A DNA stretch of 64,000 nt from an uncultured Gammaproteobacteria bacterium (GTDB taxonomy: Bacteria; Patescibacteriota; Patescibacteriia; JAHIZJ01): contig CAYJKP010000002.1 in assembly GCA_964371245.1 (NCBI GenBank), forward strand, positions 257,469-321,468, read 5' to 3'. A model generated the notes under the pieces. That model made no database searches. It saw only the letters and a list, made by a program, of their open reading frames with translations, and was not told the DNA's origin. The position numbers and the translations under genes were made by a program. Below, in pieces: positions 39,164-49,090 of the stretch; positions within the stretch are counted from its first letter, which is position 1, and each line of letters opens with the position of its first letter.

Positions 39164-40420
39164 TTATTCCGGTTTTTTCTCGGCGGCGTCAGGGACCACT
39201 GGGTCTGGCGGTGGCGTTTCAACCGCCGGATTTTCTGAAGTTTCGGCTGGCGCGCCTTCCTCTGGAGTCGCTTCTTTCGCCGGTTCGGCCGGCGGTGTCG
39301 GTTTCTTTTCGAGCGCTTTGAGCGAGAGGCCAAGCCGATGGTTATCGGGTTCGATCGATAAAATCTTAAACTTTCTCGTTTCGCCGACTTTCACGATTTC
39401 GCCCGGGTGACGGACGAGCTTATAGGATAGCTCTGAGATATGCGCTAAGCCATGGATGTCCTGGTCCAGCTCGACAAAAACGCCGAAGGGGTTCAGTTTG
39501 AGGACCTTGCCGGTGACTGCTTGTCCGACTTTGTATTTCTCGAGTGCCAGGCTCCACGGATCGCGCATGAGCTGTTTTATACTCAGGGATATTCGCGAGT
39601 GTTCCAAGCTGATGATTCGCGCTTTTACCGTTTCTCCGACCCTGACGATGTCCCGTGGATCGTCGATGCGCTGCCAGGCGAGCTCGGAAATATGCACCAA
39701 GCCCTCAAGCCCGTCGCCAAACTCGACAAAGGCGCCGAAATCAACCACCCCGGTAATTTTTCCTTCGACAATGTCGCCGACCTTATACTTTTTCAGCTTC
39801 TCGACGTGCTGTTCTTCCCAGGCCATCTTTTCTGATACAATCAGCTTCTCTTCGGCCTCGTCAACGTCGATCACTTTCACCTTAAACGTCTGGCTCATGA
39901 AGCTCATCAAGCGTTCGAGGATTTTTTCTTTATCGCCGCCCTCGACCCGAGGATAGTGTTCAACTGTCAATTGGGAGACTGGCAAAAATCCGCCGACCCG
40001 GCCGACCTTGACCATTAAGCCCCCGCGATTCGCTTCAGTGATGACAACGTCGACCACCGTTCCTTCGGCTTTCAAATCCATCAGGTGATCCCAGGCTTTT
40101 TTGTGCCCGGCTTGCCGGAACGATAATTCCATGACCCCTTTTTCATTTTCCAGATCGACTACGGTTGCCTGAACCGTATCGCCGACCTTCAGATCGGTGT
40201 ATTCGCCCGATTCGTCGAAAAGCTCGCGGCCGCGGACAATTCCGCTCGACAATCCGCCCAGATCGACGTGGACTTCGTTTTTTGAAACGCTAAGAATCGT
40301 TCCTTCAATAATGTCGCCAACTTTCGGAATGTGAAAAAGACCCTGCTCGTTAAGGAGTTTTTCCATCTCCCCCGACCCGGTCTTTGGTGTATCGATTGGC
40401 TCGTTTTTTGATGTTTTCAT
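39164..40420 (-). CDS. rpsA: 30S ribosomal protein S1 (four S1 domains)
   Basis: Repeated S1 domain pattern (VGDIVEGKI...G..GLVHISEL). Confidence 0.85.
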   Translation of the reverse strand: MKTSKNEPIDTPKTGSGEMEKLLNEQGLFHIPKVGDIIEGTILSVSKNEVHVDLGGLSSGIVRGRELFDESGEYTDLKVGDTVQATVVDLENEKGVMELSFRQAGHKKAWDHLMDLKAEGTVVDVVITEANRGGLMVKVGRVGGFLPVSQLTVEHYPRVEGGDKEKILERLMSFMSQTFKVKVIDVDEAEEKLIVSEKMAWEEQHVEKLKKYKVGDIVEGKITGVVDFGAFVEFGDGLEGLVHISELAWQRIDDPRDIVRVGETVKARIISLEHSRISLSIKQLMRDPWSLALEKYKVGQAVTGKVLKLNPFGVFVELDQDIHGLAHISELSYKLVRHPGEIVKVGETRKFKILSIEPDNHRLGLSLKALEKKPTPPAEPAKEATPEEGAPAETSENPAVETPPPDPVVPDAAEKKPE

Positions 40421-40438
40421 AGATTTTTCTTAATAATT

Positions 40439-41248
40439 ATGCAACAAAAAAAGGCAGGTATTACTGATTATAGACAATATTTTCTTTCCTGGCAAGAGGA
40501 AGGCAATGGCACGGTATTAATTGACAAATACCGATATTCATGGTATTATATAGGTATGAAAGTATCAACTGACAGGTTTAGTCAGCAGACATTTCGTAAA
40601 ACGGTCGGGAGCCAGCTGCGGCCCGGCTACGAGGTAAAACCGGGCAGCACCGTTGGAAATGTTTTGCGTAGCAAGAAAATGTCCGGCGTGTTTTACAAAC
40701 CCTCGGTGAGCAATAAGGAAATGATGGGGGCGATAAAAGCTGTACGGACAAACCGAACTATTTACAAAAACCTTGGAAAAAGCGTCCAATATGTCGTCGG
40801 CAAGGCAAAACAGGAGCAAAAAGAACAGCAGCGCGTCGAGAAAGTTGAAATACGAAAAGGCCAGCAACGCCAGGATCGGATGATAAAAGAAATGTTCGGT
40901 TGGCGAAAACAGGGCGAGGAAAAGCAGGGCTTGAGTTTGACCGACTTGCGGAAGAAGTCGGCCGGCGCCAGTCAGGGTACTGCTACCGGTAAATCAACTG
41001 CCGGCAAACCAGTCGGCGCCAATGCAAAATTCGCGCCGCGCAGTCGTGCCGCCTTGAGCACTCTCCCACGGTTGCACCGATCCTCAAGCGTCGAACGACC
41101 GGAGACGCATCCGGTGAATATTGAAGAGTTGAATAAAGAAGCGACAACGCCCGTTAAAAAAGAGGAAAAAACGCCGACAGAAAAGGCTGAACCGGCCGAA
41201 TCAAAATCGGAAAGTACGAGCAGCCCAGATGACATGATGCTGGATTAG
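40439..41248 (+). CDS. hypothetical low-complexity K/Q/E-rich protein
   Basis: Long ORF with no recognisable domain; start uncertain. Confidence 0.3.
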   Translation: MQQKKAGITDYRQYFLSWQEEGNGTVLIDKYRYSWYYIGMKVSTDRFSQQTFRKTVGSQLRPGYEVKPGSTVGNVLRSKKMSGVFYKPSVSNKEMMGAIKAVRTNRTIYKNLGKSVQYVVGKAKQEQKEQQRVEKVEIRKGQQRQDRMIKEMFGWRKQGEEKQGLSLTDLRKKSAGASQGTATGKSTAGKPVGANAKFAPRSRAALSTLPRLHRSSSVERPETHPVNIEELNKEATTPVKKEEKTPTEKAEPAESKSESTSSPDDMMLD

Positions 41249-41353
41249 AAGGATATTACAAAAACGAACCGCCACGAGCGGTTTTTTATTACCGAAGAAT
41301 GTTTTTTCTATGTGACACAATGAAACCGGTATTTTTATCCACACAACCTATTT

Positions 41354-41698
41354 TTATTTTTTGAGTTTTTTCGCAATGTTGTAATTCAGCTTTTCGCGCC
41401 AGTTTTCGGAATAGGTTTTTTCGCCTCGCAACAGTTCGTCACAGAACGCCGCCACATCCTCGCCGGTGATTTCTAGTGCACCCTTGCCGTTGGCCGCACC
41501 TTCCTCAAAGAGGTCAAGCAAACCCTTAAATATGTCAATTGATGAGCTAAGAAGCCCAGAACCTTTCCACAGGTACAGTTTAATTTCGCCATAGACGACC
41601 TGATAATCGCGCGGCAACTCTTTGGCGCGCGCTTCCATTGCATTCCACTCTTTTTTATCTTCAAAATCTCCTATTATCTTCTTTAAAAAGTCTTTCAT
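41354..41698 (-). CDS. DUF1048-like protein co-transcribed with the PadR regulator
   Basis: Typical PadR-partner small helical protein. Confidence 0.4.
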   Translation of the reverse strand: MKDFLKKIIGDFEDKKEWNAMEARAKELPRDYQVVYGEIKLYLWKGSGLLSSSIDIFKGLLDLFEEGAANGKGALEITGEDVAAFCDELLRGEKTYSENWREKLNYNIAKKLKK

Positions 41699-42000
41699 TT
41701 GCTTCTCCTTAATTCATTAATTTTTGATAATACGAAGTTCCAGTTCGCCCAAAAATGGTGCAGCGCCTCGCGTCCCGCATTGTTAAGTGTGTAAAACTTG
41801 CGAGGCGGTCCCAGATCGGACGGTTTTTTCTCTATGTCAACAAGTTTGTTTTTTTCAAGCCGAACTAAAATGGTGTAGACCGTTCCTTCCACTACATCCG
41901 TAAAACCAAGCTGGCGCAGTTGCTTGGCTATATCATAGCCATAGGTCTTACCACGGCTGATGATCTCAAGCACACAGCCTTCAAGCACGCCTTTTAACAT
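41695..42000 (-). CDS. PadR-family transcriptional regulator
   Basis: GCVLEIISRGKTYGYDIAKQL...GTVYTILVRLEKNKLV winged helix. Confidence 0.75.
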   Translation of the reverse strand: MLKGVLEGCVLEIISRGKTYGYDIAKQLRQLGFTDVVEGTVYTILVRLEKNKLVDIEKKPSDLGPPRKFYTLNNAGREALHHFWANWNFVLSKINELRRSK

Positions 42001-42209
42001 TTCCGTAAGGTTTTCCAGAATATGTCTCCTTTATTTATATAATTTATTTAACATATATACAGTTCTATTTACTACCACTATATCGTATCACTGAGTAGCA
42101 GAGCTTGTCAATAGAGATAAAGAATATGACAGTCGAGCAGTCGTCAAATACTGAATAAATCTTAATTTTCCGCGTGGATCTGCTTATATGAAAAGTAATT
42201 ATCTAATTT

Positions 42210-42485
42210 TTATTTTCTATAAAACTCTCTTAGCCGCAATCGGCCAGCCCCGCTTTTCCACCATCTTTCTCGTTGTTTAGCTTCTTTTTTATTCGAATGT
42301 TTTTCCAAATACATGAGAGCAAGCGGTCGCCGATTTCTTGTCGAACGAACTTGGCCATTATTATGTTTGCCCAGTCGTCTCTGAAAATCATTTGTATACC
42401 CAACATAAGTGCGACGATCACGTAAGCTTTTTAATATGTAAACGTAGTACATAAAAACAGGGTTATACTCCCTGCCATTTTTCAT
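42210..42485 (-). CDS. GIY-YIG nuclease family protein (stand-alone)
   Basis: YVYILKS...YVGYTNDFQRRLGKHNNG. Confidence 0.7.
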   Translation of the reverse strand: MKNGREYNPVFMYYVYILKSLRDRRTYVGYTNDFQRRLGKHNNGQVRSTRNRRPLALMYLEKHSNKKEAKQRERWWKSGAGRLRLREFYRK

Positions 42486-42624
42486 GATAGATATGTTTTA
42501 TTTTCCTGAGCGGGCCGCCTTTGGCGAGCCTCGCATTCATTGGATCGGGCCGCTTCGCCCAGGACGAGCGAGCCTCGGCCTCCCTTGGCGGGCGACCCTC
42601 GCTCCAGCCTCGCCTTCGGCGCGC

Positions 42625-42699
42625 TGGAGCGGGTGAGCGGAATCGAACCGCCTTCTCGTCCTTGGCAAGGACGCATAATAACCGTTATACGACACCCGC
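42625..42699 (-). tRNA. tRNA-Gly(GCC)
   Basis: GCGGGTGTCGTATAACGGTTATTATGCGTCCTTGCCAAGGACGAGAAGGCGGTTCGATTCCGCTCACCCGCTCCA. Confidence 0.8.
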
Positions 42700-42826
42700 A
42701 CGTTTTATATAAATTACTTGGGGCCCCCGACGCATTTTGATGCGGTGGGGGGAGGGACGTGCTCAGTGAGGGCGCAGTGGAGTCAACTAGATTGACTACA
42801 CGGAGCCCGAACCGAGCTTCGGCCCG

Positions 42827-42900
42827 TGGAGGCGTGGAGGGGACTCGCACCCCTGTACGCGGTTTTGCAGACCGCTCCCTAACTCCTCGGGCACCACGCC
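42827..42900 (-). tRNA. tRNA-Cys(GCA)
   Basis: GGCGTGGTGCCCGAGGAGTTAGGGAGCGGTCTGCAAAACCGCGTACAGGGGTGCGAGTCCCCTCCACGCCTCCA. Confidence 0.8.
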
Positions 42901-42981
42901 GCAAATCCACGCCGGGGATAACACTTCAACAACTATACCAAAAACAAAGCGGAACGGTCAACGGCGCCCTATCTACCTGTC

Positions 42982-43491
42982 CTAGAGTATTTCTATCACC
43001 AGCGTTTTCACGCCCCACTGCTTGGCTTCCATTTTACTGGGCAGCCAAATGTCGAAATGGGTGCGGCTGGCACCGGCGCGTAAGCGATCTTCAACCACAA
43101 ATATTTTATCGCCGTATATTTCGGGAATTCGTATTCTCGTGCCGAACGGAAGGTGGTTATAGGCGATGATGCCCGAATGCGTTTTCGCGCCCGAGGCGGT
43201 CGTGAACGGATCGCTGTCCGTTTCATCGATGGAACTGGAATAGGCGGTTACGGTCGCACGCAGCGTTTTTCGGGCTGGCCGATCAGCAATCTCCGGCAGT
43301 TTACAGACAATTTCCGGCTGGTTGGACGACACCAACGCGACCGGCTGTTCGTCCATTTCAGGCTGTGACAAGGCAGTACCGATTTCAGCGGCCACGGATC
43401 GTGGGTAAATAAACTCGAGTAAGGCGATAACGCTTAGCCAAAAAACAAACTTTTGGCTACGGGCGAGTTTATTGAATGTTGGCTTAAACAT
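42982..43491 (-). CDS. 3D-domain (MltA/YuiC-like) cell-wall associated protein with N-terminal TM
   Basis: TVTAYSSSIDETDSDPFTTASG ... VVEDR three-Asp motif. Confidence 0.6.
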   Translation of the reverse strand: MFKPTFNKLARSQKFVFWLSVIALLEFIYPRSVAAEIGTALSQPEMDEQPVALVSSNQPEIVCKLPEIADRPARKTLRATVTAYSSSIDETDSDPFTTASGAKTHSGIIAYNHLPFGTRIRIPEIYGDKIFVVEDRLRAGASRTHFDIWLPSKMEAKQWGVKTLVIEIL

Positions 43492-43639
43492 AAGGGTTCT
43501 GATTAATTAAAAAAACCCTGTCTTTTCAGGATTTTTTCGTTTTCTGGCCGTATCCTATCACACCTCAGCCATGGTGTCAATAGTAGGGTGCGGCCCCTTT
43601 GAACCCCCGTTCGGTAACTTGTTTTCCTCTAATTTGCTA

Positions 43640-43828
43640 TTATTTCAAGGAAATTGCCTGACTTGGGCAACTGTCGACCGCCGCCTGGCAATCGCACTCG
43701 CCCGTTTCGCAACCAGCCGCGTTAATCACGTCGGATTTACCGTCGTCGCCTATGGCGAAAACGGTTGGGCAGAGCGAAACGCAGGTTCCGCAGCCGATGC
43801 ATTTTTCCTTATCTACTTGTGGTTTCAT
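43640..43828 (-). CDS. 4Fe-4S ferredoxin
   Basis: CIGCGTCVSLCP and a second Cys cluster. Confidence 0.8.
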   Translation of the reverse strand: MKPQVDKEKCIGCGTCVSLCPTVFAIGDDGKSDVINAAGCETGECDCQAAVDSCPSQAISLK

Positions 43829-44391
43829 TGTTTTGAGTTAACGGTTTCCGCTTGAATAAGCTTTTCCCTCGATGCCACCCGTCGTCGAATCGCCTCGGCA
43901 ATAGTAAATCCGGCCGTGACAAAAACAAGATTACCAACCAGCTGATATTTCAAAAACGGTATACCCATGTAATAGCAGTAGAGCAGTCCGTTGAGACCGC
44001 GTTCGTACCACGGGGTCATGAACCAAACGCCAAAATTGGTATAGAGGTAGAAGAAGAGCGTAAAGAAGAGACCGAGACCGACGCCCTTGGCAGTGAGCCA
44101 GCGCCGGCGTGTCTGTCGAAGCAGATAACCAGCCAATCCGCCGACCAAATACGCCGACCAGGTGAAGAGGAATATTCCTGTGTTGCCGATGAAAAAGTCA
44201 GATCCGGCCATGACGCCAAACGGCACGACAAGCGCAAACCAGCCGCCCAAATAAAACCCGGCGAGCAATGACAGGACCGTGACAATTTCAACGTTCGGCG
44301 CGATTGGATGATCGTGGAAAAATAGCCGACTGGCAATTCCGACAGCGATCATGGCAACGGCGAGAAGGAGTTTTTTTTGATATCGCTTCAT
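43825..44391 (-). CDS. integral membrane protein, ECF-transporter S-component-like (putative cobalamin-related uptake)
   Basis: 5-6 TM helices; co-transcribed with DUF4430 downstream of a cobalamin riboswitch. Confidence 0.4.
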   Translation of the reverse strand: MKRYQKKLLLAVAMIAVGIASRLFFHDHPIAPNVEIVTVLSLLAGFYLGGWFALVVPFGVMAGSDFFIGNTGIFLFTWSAYLVGGLAGYLLRQTRRRWLTAKGVGLGLFFTLFFYLYTNFGVWFMTPWYERGLNGLLYCYYMGIPFLKYQLVGNLVFVTAGFTIAEAIRRRVASREKLIQAETVNSKQ

Positions 44392-44396
44392 GGCCG

Positions 44397-44855
44397 TTAA
44401 AAATTGCTTTTCTCAAAGCGAAATTCTATCGCGTCGCCGACTTTGACCTGATATTGATCGGCCGCCACTTGGCCGAGCGTTCCGTTTACGTAGTACGCCC
44501 AGTATTTATCGTCAGTACCATTCGCCACCGAACCAATGCCCTCAACGAGCGTACCCATGTCTCCGTAGTCTTTTGTTTTTAATTCGAGATTGTTCTTTTG
44601 TGTCGCATAGGTCAGGAGATCAAGCGCGGTGGCGCCGTTCGTGGGCAGATTTTCCACCCCTTCGGTCAACGGTTCTTCCAGTCCCTGGATGGCGACGCTC
44701 GCCTGTGCGCTTGTCGACACGCCTTTTACATTGGTGCGAAACTGAGCCACGGCCACGACATCGTTTGGCGTGGTCTGGGCTGATGTAAAAATGAGCGCGC
44801 CGGCAATGATGGCGACAATCCCGAGAATTGCGAAATGAATTCGTGTGCGTTTCAT
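44397..44855 (-). CDS. DUF4430 (transcobalamin-like) secreted/membrane-anchored protein
   Basis: N-terminal TM; GTDDKYWAYYVNG...GDAIEFRF typical of DUF4430. Confidence 0.6.
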   Translation of the reverse strand: MKRTRIHFAILGIVAIIAGALIFTSAQTTPNDVVAVAQFRTNVKGVSTSAQASVAIQGLEEPLTEGVENLPTNGATALDLLTYATQKNNLELKTKDYGDMGTLVEGIGSVANGTDDKYWAYYVNGTLGQVAADQYQVKVGDAIEFRFEKSNF

Positions 44856-44883
44856 ACTTGCTATATGTTACGAATTAGCGAAA

Positions 44884-45110
44884 CAAAAAACCCGCGTTCC
44901 TCGATCGGGACGGGGCGAAAAAGACGCCCTTTCTTTCGACCGAAGATTGGCTGCACGAGGGTATCCTGACTTATGGAGGATTGGCTTAACGCGCCTTCCC
45001 GCACCAGTCGAACGAGGCTCGGCTGACGCAGTGGTTTTGGCGTCTTGCTTCTCCACATACAGTGGCGGGACCGTGCTGGATTCTCACCAGCTTCCCCTGT
45101 TAAATTGTGA
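44884..45110 (-). promoter_or_regulatory. cobalamin (AdoCbl) riboswitch with terminator expression platform
   Basis: Minus strand GGAAGCTGGTGAGAATCCAGCACGGTCCCGCCACTGT plus B12 box AAGTCAGGATACCCTCG, then GC hairpin and T-run before the DUF4430 start. Confidence 0.65.
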
Positions 45111-45159
45111 ATCAGCTCTTCGTTATCAGAATAGCGCGTCGGCGCGCCACTGTCAATTG

Positions 45160-45726
45160 CTAATAATCAATGCCTGGCTGGGCGAGCTTACCTTTTTGAA
45201 ACGGATGCTTGATCTCTTTCATTTCCGTGACGAGATCAGCGAGTGAAACGAGGCGTGGGCTGGCCTGCCGGCCCGTCAAGACGAGGGTCAATGATGGCGG
45301 TTTCGTTCGGATGAGCGATATAACATCGGCCAGACGTATCAATTTCCCTTTGATCGCGCCGTTTATTTCATCCAGGATCAGAACGTCGCAACGCCGCATT
45401 AAGTTTTTTGCGCGGCGCAACGCGGCGCGGGCGGCGCGGACGTGGTCCTTCCGTTTCCGTCGATCGTTCAAGATCCCGACGAAGCCGAGACCGAGCGAAT
45501 AAATCGGAAACGGGAGCTTTACGTGTTTCGCCAGGAATTGTTCACCCGACTCGCGATCGGATTTCACGAATTGGAGCATGACCACTTTCTTCCCCCGGGC
45601 CGACGCGCGCAAGGCTAGGCCGAGCGCCGCCGTTGTTTTCCCTTTTCCATTACCGGTGTAGATGATGGTTAAACCGGGAAATGTCGGTTTCATGGACTTA
45701 GGAAATACTGCAGGCTGAAAAACCAC
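45160..45726 (-). CDS. cobA: cob(I)yrinic acid a,c-diamide adenosyltransferase (CobA/BtuR type)
   Basis: P-loop TGNGKGKTTAALGLALRA; CobA/CobO family length. Confidence 0.8.
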   Translation of the reverse strand: MVFQPAVFPKSMKPTFPGLTIIYTGNGKGKTTAALGLALRASARGKKVVMLQFVKSDRESGEQFLAKHVKLPFPIYSLGLGFVGILNDRRKRKDHVRAARAALRRAKNLMRRCDVLILDEINGAIKGKLIRLADVISLIRTKPPSLTLVLTGRQASPRLVSLADLVTEMKEIKHPFQKGKLAQPGIDY

Positions 45727-47986
45727 AGTTGGTGCACGTTTTGCACCCCTCTTTTATCTCAAGTTTCGCGCCGCAGTCCGGACATTTATCTTTATCAACG
45801 ATTTTGCTCAAAGCTACTTCTTGCTTCGTCGAGGCGTTGCCAACCGCGTCGTCGTTTGTGACCGCCTTTTTTTCCGGACTGGCTCCAATATTCAGCACTT
45901 GCGTGTCCCGGCTGCGATCGCGATAAATCGTCACGCCTTTGCAACCGAGCTTATAGGCCAGCATATACACTTTTTCAACATCCGCAATCGTCGCGTCATG
46001 AGGAAAGTTCACCGTTTTCGAAACGGCGTTGTCCGTATACTTTTGAAACGCGGCCTGCATCTTGATGTGGTCTTCCGGCGTGATATCGTGGGCGGTCACG
46101 AAGACTTTGCGGATCCGCTCCGGTATTTCCGGAAATTCCTGGATGGTGCCCTTTTCCGCGATTTTGCGCATCAATTCATCGCTGTAAAAGCCCTGCTCTT
46201 TCGCAACTTTCTCAAAATACGGATTTACCTCAACCAGTTCATCGCCCGAGTCGAGGATGTTCCGGCGTATGTAGGAGATGGCGAATAGCGGTTCAATGCC
46301 CGACGAGCTGCCGGCGATAATAGAGATGGTGCCGGTCGGGGCGATTGTTGTCCGCGTTGAATTTCTGATTTTCTTGCCTTTTTTCTTGTTGTAGGTGCTT
46401 TGAGGAAAGCTCGGAAAAGCGCCCCGGATTTCTGACAGCGCCTCGGAAGCTTCGCGCGCCTCGTTTGATATAAACTGCATTATCTTCTCGGCGAGCTTCA
46501 AGGCTTCAGCCGAATTATACGGAATTTCCAGCTGGATCAGCAGATCGGCAAAGCCCATGACGCCCATGCCAATTTTCCTGTTTTTCTCAACCATTTCCTC
46601 GATCTGAGTTAATGGAAAACGGTTCATGTCGATCACGTTGTCCAAGAAATGGGTGGCGGTTTGCACCACGCGGCGCAATTTGTCCCAATCGATTTCTTTT
46701 TTCTCGCTGACGAGGCGCGAGAGATTGATCGAACCAAGGTTACACGACTCATAGGGCAAGAGCGGTTGCTCACCACAGGGGTTGGTCGATTCGATTTCGC
46801 CGAGCGCCGGCGTTGGGTTGTCTCGATTGATCCGGTCGATAAAGATGATGCCCGGATCGCCGTTCTTCCAAGCCATCGTGGTCATAAGATCGAAAACTTT
46901 CCGGGCCGGCATCTTCTTGAAGACCAGTCGGTTGCGGGGGTTGATCAGGTCATACTCGCGGTCTTTCTCAACCGCTTTCATAAATTCCTCGGTTATCGCC
47001 ACCGAAATATTGAAGTTGTTGAGCTCGGCATTATTCTCTTTACAGGTGATAAATTCAAGAATGTCCGGATGGTCCACTCGGATAATGCCCATGTTGGCTC
47101 CGCGTCTGGTTCCACCCTGCTTGACCGCTTCGGTCGCGGCGTTAAAAACCTTCATGAACGAAATCGGCCCGGAGGCGATTCCGCCGGTCGACTTGACGAT
47201 ATCGCCGGACGGACGCAGCCGGGTAAAGCTGAAACCGGTGCCGCCGCCGCTCTGATGAATCAGGGCGGTATTTTTGATCGCTTCAAAAATGCTCTCCATT
47301 GAATCGTCGACCGGGAGAACAAAACAACCGGCTAACTGCTGGAGATCGCGGCCAGCATTCATCAGGGTCGGCGAATTCGGCAAAAATTCCATGTTACTGA
47401 GGACTTCGTAAAATTCCTTGGCTGTGTCCTCGATATTGACGTCCTGATGATACAGCGTCTTATACAAATTGTCCGCGTAGGCAATATTGTTGGCCACCCG
47501 CTTGAACATCTCTTCCGGCGTTTCCGTGACCTTGCCCTGTTCGTCTTTGCGGAGATAGCGCTTCTGCAAAACGACCATCGCGTTCGGCGTCGATTTCACC
47601 TCAACGCGGTAGGATTGCAACATTTTCCGGGCTTCGCGGATTTCCTTGTGTTTCTGGCGGTAGAGGATGAACGACTTCGCCACCCGGTACTGGTTTTCTC
47701 GAATCAACACCTCCTCGACAATATCCTGGACGCCTTCGACTGTCGGGATTTCGCCCGCCGGGAGACGCTCGGTCAAGATGGCGGCTACTTCGCTCGCCAT
47801 GCGCTTGGCTTGGGCTTTATTCACTTCGTTGACGGAGTGCATGGCCTTCATGATCGCCAGGGCGATTTTGTTATGATCGAACGGTACAATCTGGCCGTCG
47901 CGCTTCCGGATCTGTTGCGCGTGTTGTTTGACGAGCCGGGCGAAGAGCTTGGTGGGAAAATCGGTCGAGGGAGTGAACTTTGCCAT
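45698..47986 (-). CDS. nrdJ: class II (adenosylcobalamin-dependent) ribonucleotide reductase with N-terminal ATP-cone and C-terminal zinc finger
   Basis: ATP-cone (QIVPFDHNKIALAIMKA), RNR catalytic core, CPDCGAKL...CKTCTNCG. Confidence 0.85.
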   Translation of the reverse strand: MAKFTPSTDFPTKLFARLVKQHAQQIRKRDGQIVPFDHNKIALAIMKAMHSVNEVNKAQAKRMASEVAAILTERLPAGEIPTVEGVQDIVEEVLIRENQYRVAKSFILYRQKHKEIREARKMLQSYRVEVKSTPNAMVVLQKRYLRKDEQGKVTETPEEMFKRVANNIAYADNLYKTLYHQDVNIEDTAKEFYEVLSNMEFLPNSPTLMNAGRDLQQLAGCFVLPVDDSMESIFEAIKNTALIHQSGGGTGFSFTRLRPSGDIVKSTGGIASGPISFMKVFNAATEAVKQGGTRRGANMGIIRVDHPDILEFITCKENNAELNNFNISVAITEEFMKAVEKDREYDLINPRNRLVFKKMPARKVFDLMTTMAWKNGDPGIIFIDRINRDNPTPALGEIESTNPCGEQPLLPYESCNLGSINLSRLVSEKKEIDWDKLRRVVQTATHFLDNVIDMNRFPLTQIEEMVEKNRKIGMGVMGFADLLIQLEIPYNSAEALKLAEKIMQFISNEAREASEALSEIRGAFPSFPQSTYNKKKGKKIRNSTRTTIAPTGTISIIAGSSSGIEPLFAISYIRRNILDSGDELVEVNPYFEKVAKEQGFYSDELMRKIAEKGTIQEFPEIPERIRKVFVTAHDITPEDHIKMQAAFQKYTDNAVSKTVNFPHDATIADVEKVYMLAYKLGCKGVTIYRDRSRDTQVLNIGASPEKKAVTNDDAVGNASTKQEVALSKIVDKDKCPDCGAKLEIKEGCKTCTNCGFSACSIS

Positions 47987-48002
47987 ATAAGTATTTTTAT
48001 GA

Positions 48003-48509
48003 TTATTGAATATTTTTTAATTTATCTATTTCCACGTCAAAGGTCTGGATATCGGGAAAAGACTTGTAAACCGAAGCGAAACGCAAATAGGCTACCGGAT
48101 CAAAGCTTTTAAGCTTTTCAATAACGATTTGCCCGATTTTTTGGCTCGAAATATGGGGGCAAGCGTTCTTTTGTATTTCCACTTCAATGGCCGCAATCAG
48201 CCGCTGGACCTGCTCCTCGCCGGCCGGTCGCTTTTCGAGGGCTTTTCTGATGCCGGATTCCAGCTTTGAACGGCGATAGGTCTCATGGCTGCCGTCTTTC
48301 TTGATCACCTGGACATCGAGCAGCTCGATTTGCTCGTGGGTCGTGAAGCGAAACTGACAGCTCGTACATTCGCGGCGACGGCGGACCATCATATCGCTGT
48401 TCACCGAACGTGAATCAACAACCTTGGTTTCGGCATGACACAAGGGGCAGAGCATGGTATCGAAAAATAAAGATAAAAAGGTGTTTTTATGACCACGAAT
48501 GAGGTGCAA
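48003..48509 (-). CDS. nrdR: transcriptional repressor NrdR
   Basis: MLCPLCHAETKVVDSR...CTSCQFRFTT zinc ribbon plus ATP-cone. Confidence 0.9.
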   Translation of the reverse strand: MHLIRGHKNTFLSLFFDTMLCPLCHAETKVVDSRSVNSDMMVRRRRECTSCQFRFTTHEQIELLDVQVIKKDGSHETYRRSKLESGIRKALEKRPAGEEQVQRLIAAIEVEIQKNACPHISSQKIGQIVIEKLKSFDPVAYLRFASVYKSFPDIQTFDVEIDKLKNIQ

Positions 48510-48723
48510 AAAAAATCGCCGTCTGATTTGCGCAAATCTGTCACCGCAACTATATCTCGTGGTGCAATTACTATTATATCACGAGGTCAGGTAGTGTCAA
48601 AACGGTCAATTAATTTATTTTTTTCGCTCAGGTCAGTGGTTTATGCCTATGTGTCGTCTAATGCTTTATAATAATGTGGATAACTTCGCCTGTACTAAAA
48701 AGAAATTTGCCAATCTCATCAAG

Positions 48724-48984
48724 TTACTTCATATCACCCTCAATTTCTTGGAGAATGCAGTCGTGACCGTCGACGTGACGAATTATTATCTCGGCTTTTT
48801 CAGCAATCGTGTCCTGGCGCAACAGGTTGAGATTAAACGTCAGATTATCGGCGCTTATAACATCACCGTGGTCTTCAATGTGACCAAGGGAAATAACCAG
48901 TTTTGTTATTTTCTTCAACTTTTTTTGTTTCGCGGTTGCCAAGGCAGCCTTGAGGATGTCTTGAGCGGCATAGAGGTCGTGCAT
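48724..48984 (-). CDS. HypA-like N-terminal domain protein lacking the C-terminal zinc finger
   Basis: MHDLYAAQDILKA...LVISLG pattern resembles the HypA N-terminus; no CxxC pairs; adjacent to the hydrogenase cluster. Confidence 0.3.
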   Translation of the reverse strand: MHDLYAAQDILKAALATAKQKKLKKITKLVISLGHIEDHGDVISADNLTFNLNLLRQDTIAEKAEIIIRHVDGHDCILQEIEGDMK

Positions 48985-49009
48985 ATAGAAGACAATTAAT
49001 AATTCATAA

Positions 49010-49090
49010 TTGATAAGTAATAATTATTGACGTCCCGCAACGGGACTACTATCATTCTTCTTTCTGAATTTTGAATTCTTAATTTCTTCA
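49010..49090. repeat. MITE-like palindromic intergenic repeat (family member 3)
   Basis: aattcataatt...taataattattg + GC hairpin gtcccgcaacgggac + cattcttctttctgaattttgaattc. Confidence 0.6.

Noticed and set aside
39049-39333. 94-aa R/K-rich minus-strand ORF
   Set aside because: Overlaps the 3' end of rpsA in another frame. Low-complexity artifact.
45130-45145. Plus-strand GCCACTG B12-box-like heptamer
   Set aside because: The full riboswitch consensus (GGTGAGAATCC...CCCGCCACTGT plus B12 box) is on the minus strand. The plus-strand heptamer is coincidental.
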